Origin: Podarcis bocagei
Lineage: Eukaryota
Assembly: GCA_964188305.1 (NCBI GenBank)
Contig: OZ076893.1
DNA: 64,000 bases
Reading direction: 5' to 3' (one strand)
Part shown: positions 23,914 through 37,384 of the stretch, in pieces
Numbering within the stretch: the stretch's first letter is position 1
Layout of the letters: every line of letters starts with the position of its first letter
Translations under genes and position numbers: made by a program
Notes under the pieces: generated by a model
What the model was told of the DNA's origin: nothing
The model's database searches: none
The model's input: only the letters and a program-made list of their open reading frames with translations

Positions 23914-24597
23914 TATGGATTACTCTGGATTTATACTAGTACAAACAAAATCAAAGATTGGCACCAGTCCTAAAACCTCAATTGTGATACATCTGAAAAA
24001 CTTCCACTTCTTTTTCTACACTTAGGCATGGGGATTTCAGAGCAGACTATATGAGGGGCCAATCTGTTCAGAACAGAAGCATTCTCTCTTATGATCTGCC
24101 TTCTTAAGTTGCGTTACTTGCAGAACATGTCAGCAGCCACAGATTAGGGTTAAAATGGGGAAGCAATTCTGCAGTTCAATGCATTTGGGCATCTCAGTTT
24201 TGAATTAATTGTGAGCAACATCACCATGACTTCAACACAGATCCCATGCAGGTAAAATACAATGCACAGTAGTAATTTTGTTCGTTCAGGCAGTGCTTGG
24301 ATCTTTAGAATTCCTCTCTTTAAATTTAGAATTGATATGAGGGTTTATAGCAGAGAAACATGAGGATCACTCTGAAATGGTCATCTGTTAACATGTGCAG
24401 TGTTCCATGCTTTCAAGCTACTTGTTTGACAAGATACCGGTCTGTCTGAGGTGGGACCTATACTTAGTCCTTTTTTAAAATCATAAATGCAGGTATTGGG
24501 GATAGGGTCTTGTTGTATGTAGTACCAGGAATTCTGTCCCTTAAAATAGTTAAGCCACCCATCATTTAACAGTGTTCATTTCAGTACTTCCTGTATG

Positions 24598-24738
24598 TTA
24601 TTTATTGTACGGCACACACGCAGGTAGTATGACAGTGGAGCAAGCAGGACCTGCCAGGGGCTCAGCTACATCTCCTTCCAGCTCTGTCCAGGTTCCGTTC
24701 TCAGGACTGTAGCAAATGGTAGAAGATTTGTAGGCACC
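24598..24738 (-). CDS. KLHL14: KLHL14 last coding exon (141 bp; GAYKSSTICYSPENGTWTELEGDVAEPLAGPACSTVILPACVPYNK*)
   Basis: ORF track 24598..24807. Acceptor is gttacag|. The C-terminus ...CVPYNK-stop is characteristic of KLHL14. Confidence 0.96.
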   Translation of the reverse strand, partial: GAYKSSTICYSPENGTWTELEGDVAEPLAGPACSTVILPACVPYNK

Positions 24739-25364
24739 CTGTAACACAACATAGTGTTGCTGAGGTAGCAGATAAATGACATCCAAGCAAAATTTGAACA
24801 GCTTCAACTAGAAAACAACTGGTCCTTGGTTGCTCTGCAACCTTTACAACTAAGATGCACACACACTGCCTTGATTTAGTCAAAGCTATGGTAGAGTCAT
24901 CTCGAAAGTAGGGCTTTGGGTGAGCCAAGTGCAAGGTAGTGGGAGCTTGAGCTCCTGACAGTCAATTGGGGGTTTTCGGCAGGATGCTGGAAGTGATAAC
25001 AGATAATCTAGTCAGCAACCCTGCTTTCTCTTTGTGAGAGACTCAGAGAGAGAATGCAGGAGGCAATAGCTGCTGCTTCTGCTGCTCCTCCTTCTCAGGA
25101 GTTGCAATGCATCATGACAGACTGCCAGGGGCTTGGTAAAAACCAATCTCTGTCACCAGCCTGGATAATAGCACCCAAGAATATCCAGATTCCCCCACAT
25201 CATCTCTTCTCCCCATGCTTTTAGGGATATACTTAGTCTCTTTGCTCTCCAAGCAGTAAAACTGCTTGATTATAAAGTTCACATCTGGAATGAAGGACAA
25301 ATTCACCAAGGCAATAAATAACTGTAGTATAGATTGTTTGCATATTCTGCACATACAACCTGGC

Positions 25365-26210
25365 ATGGTTAGAATCTCACCCTTCAATTCAGAATTTCAT
25401 TCTCACGTAAATAGCTTTGCAGCCATGTGTCTGGAAACTGGACAAAGGCTGCTGGAAACCAAAGCATGGCTCACCACTATAAAATTCTGACTCTGCCTAC
25501 ATTTCATGTCCAATCCAGCTTCTTTCACTTTCCACATGCTGGCATAAGCCCGCCACTCCAAAAGGCTAGCTTGCATTGAGAGCAAAATGGGAACCTATGG
25601 CCTATCACCTGAGTCACTACTTGTGCTCCCACAACTGGAAGCATTCCAGACAATCAAGTGAAGAATTACCGTTATAGAGACTGAATTTCAAACCCTTTGC
25701 AGTGCAGCCAACAAAACCTGTTCCCCATCGGGGTTGGGAATACTACCCTCATTTGGCCAAGACACTCAATATTCCCTCGCAAGATTTAACATCTTACCAC
25801 CTGCAGTTTTGCAAAGTAGATTCTCAAAAATCCCATACTCTGAAATATACTGCCCTTGTGGCACAAAATATGTCGAATCCATCGCACATGTTTTATTTTA
25901 CTGCCCATTTTATGCAAAAAAATTTGATAAGTATTGAAGGAGGGGATTTATCGCACTGACACTTCCATGGTGCCTTATCTGCTGAACAATTGTAGTAATG
26001 GCATCGTGGAGAATGTGGCAAGATTTTTGAGTGACACTATGAAATTACGTCACCATGGGTCCTAAGAGCTATCTTTGTACCTCATGATATCTGGACAGTT
26101 TTATCCTAAAGTATCTCCTACTGTATTTTATTAACTGTGTTGTGTTCTGATCCATGTATACGATGCACTTTTTTAAGCCAGTAAAGGAGATTGATTGATT
26201 GATTGATTGA
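25365..26210 (+). mobile_element. Decayed 3' LINE fragment, same broad group as the 9827 LINE, with (GATT)n tail
   Basis: Peptide LARFNILP...YCPCGTKYVESIAHVLFYCPFY parallels the C-terminus of the 9827 element. Confidence 0.75.
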
Positions 26211-26397
26211 TGTTAATAGCTTAAAAAGAAATAATGACTACTGATTTTGCAAAGCAGGTTATAAATCAGCCAGATATTTTCCATACATCAAAGATTCTGA
26301 CAGCAATTTATTTAGATATGTATCATTCCCGCAGAATGGTTGCAGCATGCTGTCAAATGATAACTGAGAGATCCATGTACGGACAAGGGATACATAC

Positions 26398-26555
26398 CAT
26401 ACTCCAGCTGTAGCCTCCTACAAGGTAAATGCTGTCATCAAGAACTGCACAGCCAGGACCACTGCGACCCTCTAAAATAGGAGTTTGCAAAATATTCCAT
26501 TGATCACCTTTTGGGTCATAGCATTCCACGAGCATGACATCAAGATGCGAAAAAC
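26398..26555 (-). CDS. KLHL14: KLHL14 coding exon (158 bp; FSHLDVMLVECYDPKGDQWNILQTPILEGRSGPGCAVLDDSIYLVGGYSWSM)
   Basis: ORF track 26353..26568. Boundaries are gtacag| and |gtatgt. Confidence 0.96.
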
Positions 26556-27910
26556 CTGTACAACACAATTATCAAATAATGTGAAACCACTTATTTTAAG
26601 AGAATGAGCACATGGTACTTCATCAATGACATACAAAACTTCGCCCACCTTAGTAGGTTCATCATTAAAGACTAAATTGTAAAGAACAGGAGAAAACCTC
26701 TTAAAGTAAGAAAGTGAAATACTTTCCTTTTGTCATCTTCATCACAACCTTCAGCATTGAGCTAACATTTGCTTTTTTCCTTAATAATAAACAACATATT
26801 GGCTGCCATTAGTTGCCAAAGAACATTCATGGGGAGTTACTGATATATGAGATTAGAATGTTTTTTCTACTTCATGATACCAGGAGTGAAATACCAGGAC
26901 TGAAATGTGAAGGCACTATGGAATATTTGAGCACTCCCTGCCCTTTATCTCTCTCACACGAGGCAGCTGAAGAATGGAAGAAGGAGAAATTAGAGTACAG
27001 AGATAAGGGAGAAACAATGAAAGGGAAGAAAGGTGTGTATTTTAGACAATAGTAGACATATGAGTAAAGCAAGAATGGAGAAATAATGAGAGGGGGAAAG
27101 TGGCCATTTTAAACAATGGCATAAATTTGAGAAGATCAGAGGGTGATACTGAGAGGGGAAAGTAGCAGCTTAAAACAAGATTTAAGAACAGTGAGAAGGG
27201 AGGTAGGAAAGGCTCTATAGCTTCTGTGTTATACCTATCTCCATTTCTCCTTGTTAAAGCTGTTTGTAAAAAATAAAACAAAAAACTCTCAATATTCTCC
27301 ATCCCTGCTTAACTCAAGCCTCTGCTATTGTTTAAAACTGAAATTTTTCTTCTCGGGGTCTCTCCACCCTTGCTTTACTCAAACTTCTTCCATTGTTTAA
27401 AACATGCATATTTTCTCTTTTCTCTCTTCTCATTGTACACAAGCTTCTCCTTCCATGTGTGAGAGATAAAGGATGTGGAGCCATCAAATATCCTATAACA
27501 ACCTTCACACAATGTATTTCACTTATGGCATCATGTATTGCCTCTCTTTGTTCCAGATTCAAAGTAGCAATTTAGAAGAGATAATTTATTAACAAAAAAA
27601 ACCCCAAACACCCATATATGTACAACATCCATCAACTGAACTTAACCTTCTCTAACTGAACAAGCTCACTTGACAGTCATGTTCTTAAGATTCTGTCATC
27701 TTAAAGATACAGTAACATACACCATCATAGCATGTTAGCACAAAGAGGGCTGCTGAAAAGGAGAGAGCAGGAGGGATAGAAATGGGTGGGTGGGTGTGGC
27801 CTGGATGCAAGGGAGAGTTGAAAAAGGAGAAATGAGGTGGTAGGAATGGGGATGAAAGGTGATAATGGTGTACAAAGGGAGATGCAGAATTTAAGAGAGG
27901 ATTGCTCAGC

Positions 27911-28153
27911 CCCTGCTCCTGCCAACCTAGCAGTTCAAAAGCATGAAGTGCAAGTAGATAAATAGGTACTGCTCCATTGGGAAGGGAAATGGTGTTTCCG
28001 TGTGCTGCTCTGGTTTGCCAGAAGCGGTTTGTCATGCTGGCCATATGACCTGGAAGCTGTACGCCGGCTCCCTTGGCCAATAAAGCGAGATGAGCACCGC
28101 AACCCCAGAGTCGGCCACGACTGGACCTAATGGTCAGGGGTCCGTTTACTTTT
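27911..28153 (+). mobile_element. 5'-truncated Sauria-type SINE
   Basis: Matches the 3' two-thirds of the 8773 copy. Confidence 0.85.
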
Positions 28154-28840
28154 AAGGCATGGAAATGGGGATTATCTGTGTGGAAGGGAGAAATGAGAAG
28201 AAGAGGGGGAGAAGAAAAGGGGGTGAAGGTGAAAAAGGTGCTTAGCAGTTATAAGGTGTGGGAGGAGGAAGGTGCAGGAGATTACCCTGGTGGTCGTTTG
28301 TGCAAGGTTACACGAAAGGGGGAGGAGGAGGAGGAATAGACATAGGGGTGAAGGTGAAAAAAGGTGCAAGGCAGGGTTGCAGAACAGGACAGAGGCTTCA
28401 GAAATGGGATGGGAAGATGAATAGTGAGCTTAGTAGTTACATAGAGTAGGAAAGGGAAGCTGTAGAGGGTTAATGGGGGGAGGTCAGGGGTGTTGGCAAG
28501 TGGAGCAAGCAGGGGTGTAGCCCCTAGTAAGATGAATGCAAATAATGATTTTTAGAAATAAATTTCATAGACAATTTTTGAGATGAGTGTGGGATTTTAA
28601 ATGTTGTTAAATATTACTCCTAAAATTAAGGACTTGTTTCTTTGCAGAGCCTTAGCACAGCTTCTTCTCCAGCTTGGGAAATGATTTACAGAGGGAAATA
28701 CTGTTGGCAATTTGGGTCAGAAATAATCTGTTTGTTACAGTGAATTTACGGCGATGACAAATCATCCATGCTTCTGAGTAATGGAAGTTCCCATTTTTGT
28801 ATTATCTAAAGCATTCATTACTCATTTATTTAATGTAGTG

Positions 28841-28842
<2 letters not shown>

Positions 28843-28887
<45 letters not shown>
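28843..28887. repeat. (AC)n microsatellite
   Basis: Read directly from the sequence. Confidence 0.95.
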
Positions 28888-28889
<2 letters not shown>

Positions 28890-29010
28890 TGCTGGCTCAA
28901 GGATCATGCTAAATTGTGTGGCAGGGTTTTAAACTTAGTTAACTAACCTAGCAAAAATAGTGTTTATCAAAAGACAGAATATTACATTGTTTTGCTATTA
29001 AAAATGTGAC

Positions 29011-29169
29011 CTTTCAAATGATTTCCTCCGATTGCATACAGTCGATCATTCATTACAGCCAATGCATGGATTGCTCTCTTTGTGTTCATATCTTGTTTTC
29101 TAGCCCAGACATCCATTACAGGGTCATAGCAGTACAGCCAGGGAACGTATTCACCATTGTGGACACCTC
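29011..29169 (-). CDS. KLHL14: KLHL14 coding exon (159 bp; GVHNGEYVPWLYCYDPVMDVWARKQDMNTKRAIHALAVMNDRLYAIGGNHLKG)
   Basis: Manual translation gives a kelch repeat. Boundaries are tttgtag| and |gtcaca. Confidence 0.95.
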
Positions 29170-29271
29170 CTACAAATCAAATATACCTTCATTAGTTAAA
29201 GGAAGCACCCCACCTTAAAAGAATAACTGGGTTTTGTTTTGCGATGAAGGGGAGTTTAGAAAACAACTTGC

Positions 29272-29462
29272 CAGAAATATAGATTTTGCCATTATGTACA
29301 GCTCCTGCATGTGCCGCCAAGGGCTGTGGTAGGGAAGATACATAACGCCATTCATTTGTCTCTAAATTATAGCATTCCACACTTGACAAGTATCCAGTCT
29401 CATTTCTCCCACCTATCACATACAAGTTTTTGTCAAGCCGACAGGCATAAAAACTGGCTCTC
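29272..29462 (-). CDS. KLHL14: KLHL14 coding exon (191 bp; RASFYACRLDKNLYVIGGRNETGYLSSVECYNLETNEWRYVSSLPQPLAAHAGAVHNGKIYISG), ends at a GC donor
   Basis: ORF track 29192..29425 contains the kelch peptide. Acceptor is ttctctag|. The only frame-preserving donor is TCTG|gcaagt. Confidence 0.95.
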
Positions 29463-29794
29463 CTAGAGAAAAAACAAATAGAGCAGTTAGTTTCTAGTGA
29501 CTAGAATTAATTCCATCATTCTGTCTTACAGAACTTATCACCTGCTATTCTAACATGAATCCCCCCACTCATTTATCCCTGAGAATATGGGTGACTTTCC
29601 CCAAAAAGGTTGCAGTGCACTCCCAACTCGGACCACTCCCCACCTCCCCACCCCAAAGTATCACCCAAAATTTCCAAAAGTATTCACTTGTAATGATTTC
29701 TGGATTATCCATTGCAATTTCTTATTTACAAAAAAGGAATCATTAGGAAAAATCAAAATGCCAACATCATAATGACTTTATGGAGCAGCTACAT

Positions 29795-29930
29795 ATGGAA
29801 TACAAAAAAGATAGTGTGGAGTTGGAAAATGTACCAAAAAGGCAACCAAAATGACCAAGGAGCTGGAGCAACTTTTCTACAAAGGAAAGTTAAGAATTGG
29901 GGCTTATTGATTTCAAAAAAATGCAAGCAA
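29795..29930 (+). mobile_element. Old CR1 LINE ORF2 3' fragment
   Basis: Degenerate coding similarity to the CR1 segment KKD..ELE.VQKRATKM.K.LE.L.Y. Confidence 0.55.
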
Positions 29931-32900
29931 GGATGGTGTGTGCAGAAAGGAGACAGAGAGAGGATGTAGGGTGTTTTGCGGGTATTTGGGGAGTTTATCT
30001 TACATATAAGTTGCTTGGGCAACAGCATTTGTTAGTCCTGGCAGTTCAGCTTTGGAAAGTGGACACTTAAAAAGGTCTAGGTGGTGCTTGATTGAAGGCT
30101 ATTGTGAACCAGCATCCTCTGTGATATCACAAGGGCTCATGGGGCACACTCCTCCTAGTATGCCTGATTAGAGGATCTGCAGGATTCTGGAGTGCATCCC
30201 AATGTTCACCCACTATATTGCTCCCCTTACTAGATGTACTTAATTATTAGGTCTAGAATTGTTCTGCCTCGAGCAACTGCTTGGAATACTTGTTGCATTG
30301 GTTCAAGTCAGTTCACACCTATACAGGGGGTTCCAGGGCATGCACACACAAAGACATTCACATGAAATGTCTGATTCGTTCTTTTTACTGCAGATGCTCC
30401 ATACACAAGATGCTGAAGAGAACTTGGGCGCTCCTGCTCATGTTGACCTCAGTGTGTCCAGTGGCCTATTGGTGAACTTGGGTTTGTGACTGGACTGTGA
30501 AACGATTCCCTCTGAGCATTCTGTGTGTAGTCTTTCAGAAGAACAATTTATGTAGTATTGTCAATTACCACACAATCACTTGGTGAAGCAGAAGTTTAAC
30601 TTAAAAGCAATTTTATTGGCAGTGAAGATTTAAGCAAGAACTCATTAATGTTTAGGATATTTGGTTCCATGGAAGGATAACAGCTACTCAGTAAGATAAA
30701 GTAAAAAAAAGGGGGGAGGGGAAAGATAGATAATGTAACAATAATAAATTATCTTGACATTCACTTTCTTTATAGTCCTTCATGGGTCATTGTTCCCAAT
30801 TTACTAAGAGAACCACATCATCAGATTTTTTTCTTCAATTATCATTTTTTTTCTTTTTTCTGCACTACTGCAAATAGAACAACTTTCCTTGTATTACATT
30901 CTTGCCATCCAACAAAGGTTTATCCGGCTAACTCTCAACAAAGTTTTGAACATCTTCTTAGTTCTTCCAGGGCAAGGAATCAGTATTTATGGAGACTGTC
31001 TTACCATGCTGTGCTTTCAAGTCATTTTTAGTACAGTACTCCTGAACGATCTATTTCTAAAAACATAGGAGACACTTCATTTCCCACACAACCATGAAAG
31101 CACCTTTGAGCCTTGCAACAAAGTCCATTTTTAGTCCAAATATGTTTTCTAGCAAATGTAGTATATATTTCCTTTTTAACAGGATGTTGAGGCCATGAGC
31201 ACTATCAGGATCACGGCCAACGTGAGGCCACTGAGAAACACAAGAGAAATCTCAGCATGTTGTGGGAAAGCCCTGAAAGTTTGCAGAAGCACAAGAAGTC
31301 TTTAAAAAAGACAACTTAAGACAAGCAATCTTCACACAAAAAAGCACTCTCCAGCTCAATGAGGATTTGAGGATTGAGCATATCAGAATAGGGGAGGAGT
31401 GGAATGTCCTAACTGGAGACACTAGTTAGCTAGAACCCTGAACAGAAGCACTCCTATTAGGAAGGAAGATACACCTCAACATTTTATTGCAGGTTCCACT
31501 GGTTACTTCTGCATAGCAGCTTTAAGATTTGCATGTGAACATGCAGGGACCCACTTCCTTGAAAGATAAAGAGTACTGTTAAAATGCTCTTGGATTTGCA
31601 GTGACTCAGGCTCTCTCTCAGAAATGCAAAGTTCTCTTCATGTTATGTGTGTATGCATTACTTTGCACACATCAGTGTCAATCATTTATTTGCTCCTTCA
31701 GTATGAAAGCTTTACTTAATACCAAGTGAATTTAAAAGGTTATGAATAAAACACTTTATTATCCTGTGAGAAATATGTATGTGAGACATATGCTTATTTT
31801 TTATATTAAAAAGATATGTTTTAACTATCCACATTGAGTCAGATTATTTAAAACTTCATCTGATGGAGGTTATGTCTGTGTGACTAAGAGAATAAATGTT
31901 GTTTTCCATCTCAGCTATCTTTAGAAACAAGTTTCCTCATAAATGTATCCTCTATGTGCATTCTTGACTTCATCCACATAGTGTCACTGTTAGGAGCAGA
32001 AATGTAACAGTCAGCCTGCTTCATTCTTCAGATTAAATGTGTATTTTATGGGCAAACTCCCAATAGTAAAGATTTTAAGTTTCCCTTATCCTTCTTTTCC
32101 ACTAAATAAATTACACTTGAGCCATAGAGCTCTAGTTAATTAATGTAAAATTTAATTGCTATAAAAAGTCCTCCATGATAAAATATTGCACTAAAAATTC
32201 AGTTTAGAAAAGAAATCATCCCCTCATATACATCTAGTCCTGAGAAATATATTGCCATCTCTAGTAAAAGAAATTACATCAAATTACTCTTGTGGATCAG
32301 GATATTAGTCCAGCTACAGGTCCTGCAGTGGCTTGTGAAAAGTCTCTGCGATGAACTTAGCTAAATTTTACAATGCAGTTACATGGGAAAAGTAAAAGAA
32401 ATTCTTTCCCGATCCCCAAAGGCAATGAATTTATGCCCTGAATCTTGAAGTTTGATTATCAGTCTTAGATTGAAAAGCTACCAGAGTTATTACTGATCAT
32501 ACCAATGCCAAGAACCCTTTTAGAGAGACCCTAAAATCAGCTGAAGTGATTTTAATCAAAAAAATATATGTTATGTAATTTGACAAATTAGTCTTTCTTT
32601 GCTTTAGCGTGAACAATGAAAAGTGGGTATGCTGGAATATAGGAGAATGCACCTGCATAGACTATTGGTGAGACTTTCTAGAAAGCTCTGGAAAGAAGAC
32701 AGCCAAAGAGAGCTACCCTCCAGATGTTGTGGACTGCAACTTCCATCAGATCCAGCCAACATAGCCAATGGACAGGGGTGGTAAGAGTTGTTGTCCTCAA
32801 TATCTGAAGGGCACCACATTGGCTACCCCATCTCTGGAAGATTAGGAGCACAGGATCCTGCCAGTTAAGTGCAGTAGCAAGTTTTACATGATGAGAGGGC

Positions 32901-33329
32901 AGAGACAGCACCTTCCCACTTAGTTCACTTCTCTGACCGTGAGAGAGAACACAACCAAAACCTAGATCATGACCTTCTAGACAATCTCCTGCTGTAGGGA
33001 CAGAAGCCAGGATGTGTTGCTGAACACACACCTGTTACAGGGAAACAAGTCTAAACCCCACATTCAATCTAATGGAACTATACTGCTCCACCAGATTAAA
33101 TAGGGGGATAAGGAAGCTGCTCCTGGAGAAACATCTGGAGAAAATCACAGCTGGAGGAGTCCATGAGGATGCTTTTGCCTCAAATATCATCTTTAGGACT
33201 TTGCCACTGTAGTTTTTGCAGGTATAGCTGTCAAAGTCAGCCAGGGAATATGAGAGTCCATTTGAGATTTCAATGACATGCTTTATTATCTGGACTTATG
33301 GTAAGGGATCACTTGCGCAGTTCCACTAG

Positions 33330-33890
33330 GACATCACCTCACCATCAACCTGAGTCTAGAACACACTGTGCAAGAGGTTCACTTTCTGGACATGAATGTG
33401 CAACTATTAATGGACATATAAGCACATCCTTATATAGGAAACCTACTGACTGTTACTCGTACTTACATGCTTCCAGCTTCCACCCAGAGCACACTAAAGA
33501 GTTCATTGTTTACAGTTGAGCTCTATGATACAACAACATCCATTCAGATTCATAGGACTGGGCAGAGCCTCACAACAAAAATAATTCACATCAGACACCC
33601 AAAGTGAAAAATCAGATCAACAAAGCCAAACTGTTCTTAGGTACCAATCTTCTACACAACAGATCTAGAACAGAAAATGACAAACTACCACTTGATGTCA
33701 CAACAGCCAAGCCAAAGCCACTCAAGCCTATCATCAATGATCTACAGTTCATCTAGTTCACTTCCCACACATAAGCCGTCAGTGGCAGACCTCCAGTTGC
33801 TCTCAGACAACCCCCTAAATAGGACAGATACTCAGCAGCAACAGTGGGCCATACAAGAGGTATGGACACAGGGACCAGCTCCCTATTAAA
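33330..33890 (+). mobile_element. Decayed Penelope-like element (RT thumb/linker)
   Basis: Peptide GHISTSLYRKPTDCYSYLHASSFHPEHTKEFIVYS is the PLE YRKPT...YLH..S.HP signature. It is disrupted by stops and frameshifts. Confidence 0.8.
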
Positions 33891-36800
33891 GACCAAGAAG
33901 CTGACTCTGTCTACTCCATTTTATCAAACCAACAGTTTTGTGATAGGTCACTGTTAAATATGTAATTATCTGCATTACATTTCCTTCTGACCTCACTGTT
34001 TACACCCACCCACCCACCCACCCACCCACCCACCCATGCACAAAAACCCCCCATGTAACATGCAATCCAGCAGCCTGTTCTTATGTAGAGGTAAGCTAGC
34101 TCTATGGCAGTCCATGCATAGCAGTCATAGCAGAAGACTTACAATGGATTGAATAAAACAGAGGCCAGGACCCATTTTATAACTTAATCTGTGAGACAGT
34201 GATAATGGCGAAGATGGCTTTTGTGTCACCACTGCATCTGCTCATAATCACCCAACATAGCTTTTCTAGGTGGTCAAAGAGCTATTGCAATGGAGCCTTT
34301 CAGGATGAGTTTGCCAAATACTTTGCAGGAAAAATTGTTCCATTCGTTCCAATTTACAAGCCACCGTTTGGCCAGGGCCATATTGTGCCTCTTTTATGCT
34401 ACTCTATGTTTCTATGTGCTTCTTGATGTTTTGAAATTCTGGATGTTATATTGTGCTGTTTTTAACAACTGAAAACTAAATTTATTACACTGTTAGCTTC
34501 CTTGAAGGTCTCTTGGAATACAGAAGAGAAACAAATCTTCCAGGGCATGGAAAATCCTATCTGTGTAGGCGCATCCCCATGTGTGGGACTGCAGAGAACT
34601 CATAAAAGAAAATATAACCTTTCAAACTGTTCCGTGCTGCTTTAGACAGCCATTTTCTCCGATGTTTCTTTGCTTCCGCCATGCTTCTTTTCCTGCTTTC
34701 ATTTTCTGAACCATTTCTTTGGAGGTGGTATAGCTGTGGCCATTGGACTTTCTGAAAGTTCACGGTGGGGAGGCAGGTCACCACCCTCCATCAACTTCTC
34801 AGCAAAATGGCCCCCCAGGTGAGCGGAGCTGACCACCTGTTACTGCTGGGCTGGCTTTGTATGGAAACTTGCTCATGTGCTAAAGTGGGGTACATCTAAG
34901 TCACAGATTTTCAGCCTCATCAGCATTGTACCAACTATGTCAATAGCTAGGACTTCAGCGCAAAGGCCAATTTACGTCACAAAGAGGGTGCAATTGCACT
35001 TGAAGTGCAGTGCTATAACCATTTTTTTTAAAAATGGAAACAATCCAGCAAAAAATAAAGTATTTAATTTGCATTAATTTCAATTGGAGGAAGTTAAATG
35101 CATACTTAACCCTCCCGATGAAATCAGGAGGACATAAATGGAGCATGTCCCAGTTTTCTTAACTAACTAATACTGAATCTTCATTGCAGAGGCCCTTTTT
35201 GATTAGCATTCAGCACCCAGTGCAGTGCTGTGCAGAGGTACAGACTCTGCAATGCCCAACAGATGGTTGGCTGAATACTTATTGGGGAAGAAGTGAATCC
35301 ATGTTCTCTCCCTCCAGAGAATGATTCATGTGGATGGGCTCTCCAGACAGGGCCACAGAATTTTATTCCCTATCATGTTTTAGTGTTACTGAATTTTTCT
35401 CGAAGGAGTTTTATTTGTTATGCTTTCTGCTGCAGTGGGTCTTGGTTATATTTGTTTTAGTTTCAAACTTGATGTCTGCCTGTCTTATTATTACTGGTTT
35501 ATTCGTTTTTTATTTGCGATTATACTGCATTATCTTTACAATTACTGTTTTTATAGAAGCAATCTTGAGGGAGTTTGGACTTCTTAAGGCAGCATATAAA
35601 TATTTTAAATAAAATAATAAATATATTGTTAAACAAATTCTTAATAGTTTTGTTGTTGTCACTCATCCTGAGAACTTTGTTATAGAGCACTATAAACAAA
35701 CAAACTATTGCTTCACAGGAGGAGAAAAAAAAATCCTTATTGCACACATTTTGTCATAAAAAGGAGAGCATAAAAGCTCTTTATTAAAGAATATGAATGA
35801 CTAAAAACTGTCTTGAAAGGCACTTGACTTAATAAATTGGAAGTCTCCAAAGAAGTCACAAGGGACTAGTCAGTAAACAATTCACATATTTTAAAATGTC
35901 TAATCACATTTTCAGCAATACTGTCTTATCCTCAGAGGCTCGTACAACACTGAAATAATTGATCACTGTGAATTATGTAGGCTCAGCTAAGAGGGTGAAG
36001 GTTAATTATCTCACTTTAAGAGCCCAGCAAAGAAGGGTTTTGATAATTAGAACACCATTTTGAAACAGAATTTGGACTTCTAAATACTTAAAATGACATT
36101 TTAAATATCAGACAGGCTTATAAGAAAAATCTAAAGCTGTCCATTTTTTTTTTTAAAAAACCCCTCATGCTACAAGCTCTACAGACACTAAATCTGCCTT
36201 AAGTTAGAGGCAGTGAGGCTGTGACAAGTAGATTTGTTCAACTGGATAACGAGCTGAACATCTTCAATTTTTATGGATGTCCTAGCTAAAGTGTATCCCC
36301 AAAAGCTTTATATACTGTGCATCTGTGTTGTATTAGGAGTTGGATAATGGCTTGCATAATAACTACATATTTATAACTGTTCCCCAACCTAAAATCTAGG
36401 GAGTCCCTAATCAAGTCTCTCTCTATGGAAGAGTTTGAACTATATGGTGTAGAAGTGGATTATACATACCCACTTTAATCTGGTTTAAGGCCCAGTTTAG
36501 AAGTGGAACTTTTACTCTTCCAGGCCCAAATTTTAGAATACACTTTCCATTGCTGTCTGCTGGTGCTCTTCCTCATTCTCCTTTGCAGTTTTGCAAGACA
36601 TTTTATACATTTAGGTGCTTGATTTCTGGTCCTTCACTGTTCCTTATTTTATATTTGGCTTCTTTTTAGTGTGATTACTGAACACCTCCATGCTTACCTG
36701 AGGTCTGAACTTTTCACAGTCACCCTGACATTGTATTAAACAAGACGATAGATTAATACATTATTTTAATAAGTAAAATGGCTGGGGAGCAAAGAATGCT

Positions 36801-37305
36801 TATGGTGGGTGGAGAAGGTTCAGGACAAAGGGAGAAAGGTACCACCTTTGGTACCTCTCATCTTCCCCAGTGCGCTTCTGCCAGCTTCTTCTACCACCTG
36901 ATTATATGGAGTGGGCAGGTACAGGACCTAGCGGGTGCTGCCATTACCAGCCTAAGTGACCAAAAAGGCAAGGAATGGTTGCTCAGCAAATGCATGCTGA
37001 AATTCAATGAAAGCAAAGCAAAAACATAATAGAAAATAGTAATTGTGAAATAGTTCAGAGATTTGAAAGAAACACTGTTTCTACAATTCTATGAAAAGGA
37101 TGTAGCAGTTCAGCTTTTACTTGAAAGTACCTTCTTGTCAGCAGAAAAATAATCTAGCACTATTATATTTTATTTGCTAGTGCAAATCAATTTCAACACT
37201 TTCACCATTCGCTTTTTTCACCGCTAAGTTAAACCCCAACCATCTTCCTCTCTTAGGTAAAACAGCCACCCTTTCCCCAACCCCAAATATATAGCAAGCA
37301 TTTAC

Positions 37306-37384
37306 CTCTCTTGCATGGGTGGAAGTTGTATCCAGCTGTTAAATCTAGGATCATACCGGCTAACAAAGTTTGTACTGTGCTTTC
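37306..37384 (-). CDS. KLHL14: KLHL14 coding exon (79 bp; KHSTNFVSRYDPRFNSWIQLPPMQER)
   Basis: Kelch YDP...W...PPM motif. Boundaries are ttacag| and |gtaaat. The frame is continuous with the flanking exons. Confidence 0.96.

Larger units (their letters stand above)
21430..24597 (-). other. KLHL14: Putative KLHL14 3'UTR ending near a polyadenylation signal (AATAAA on the minus strand at 21450-21455)
   Basis: Plus-strand tttatt at 21450-21455 lies at the end of a repeat-free AU-rich block typical of distal 3'UTRs. The true 3' end is inferred. Confidence 0.5.

Noticed and set aside
26950-28500. Purine-rich stretches with Glu/Lys/Gly-rich ORFs
   Set aside because: Low-complexity intronic sequence with no splice-supported exon.
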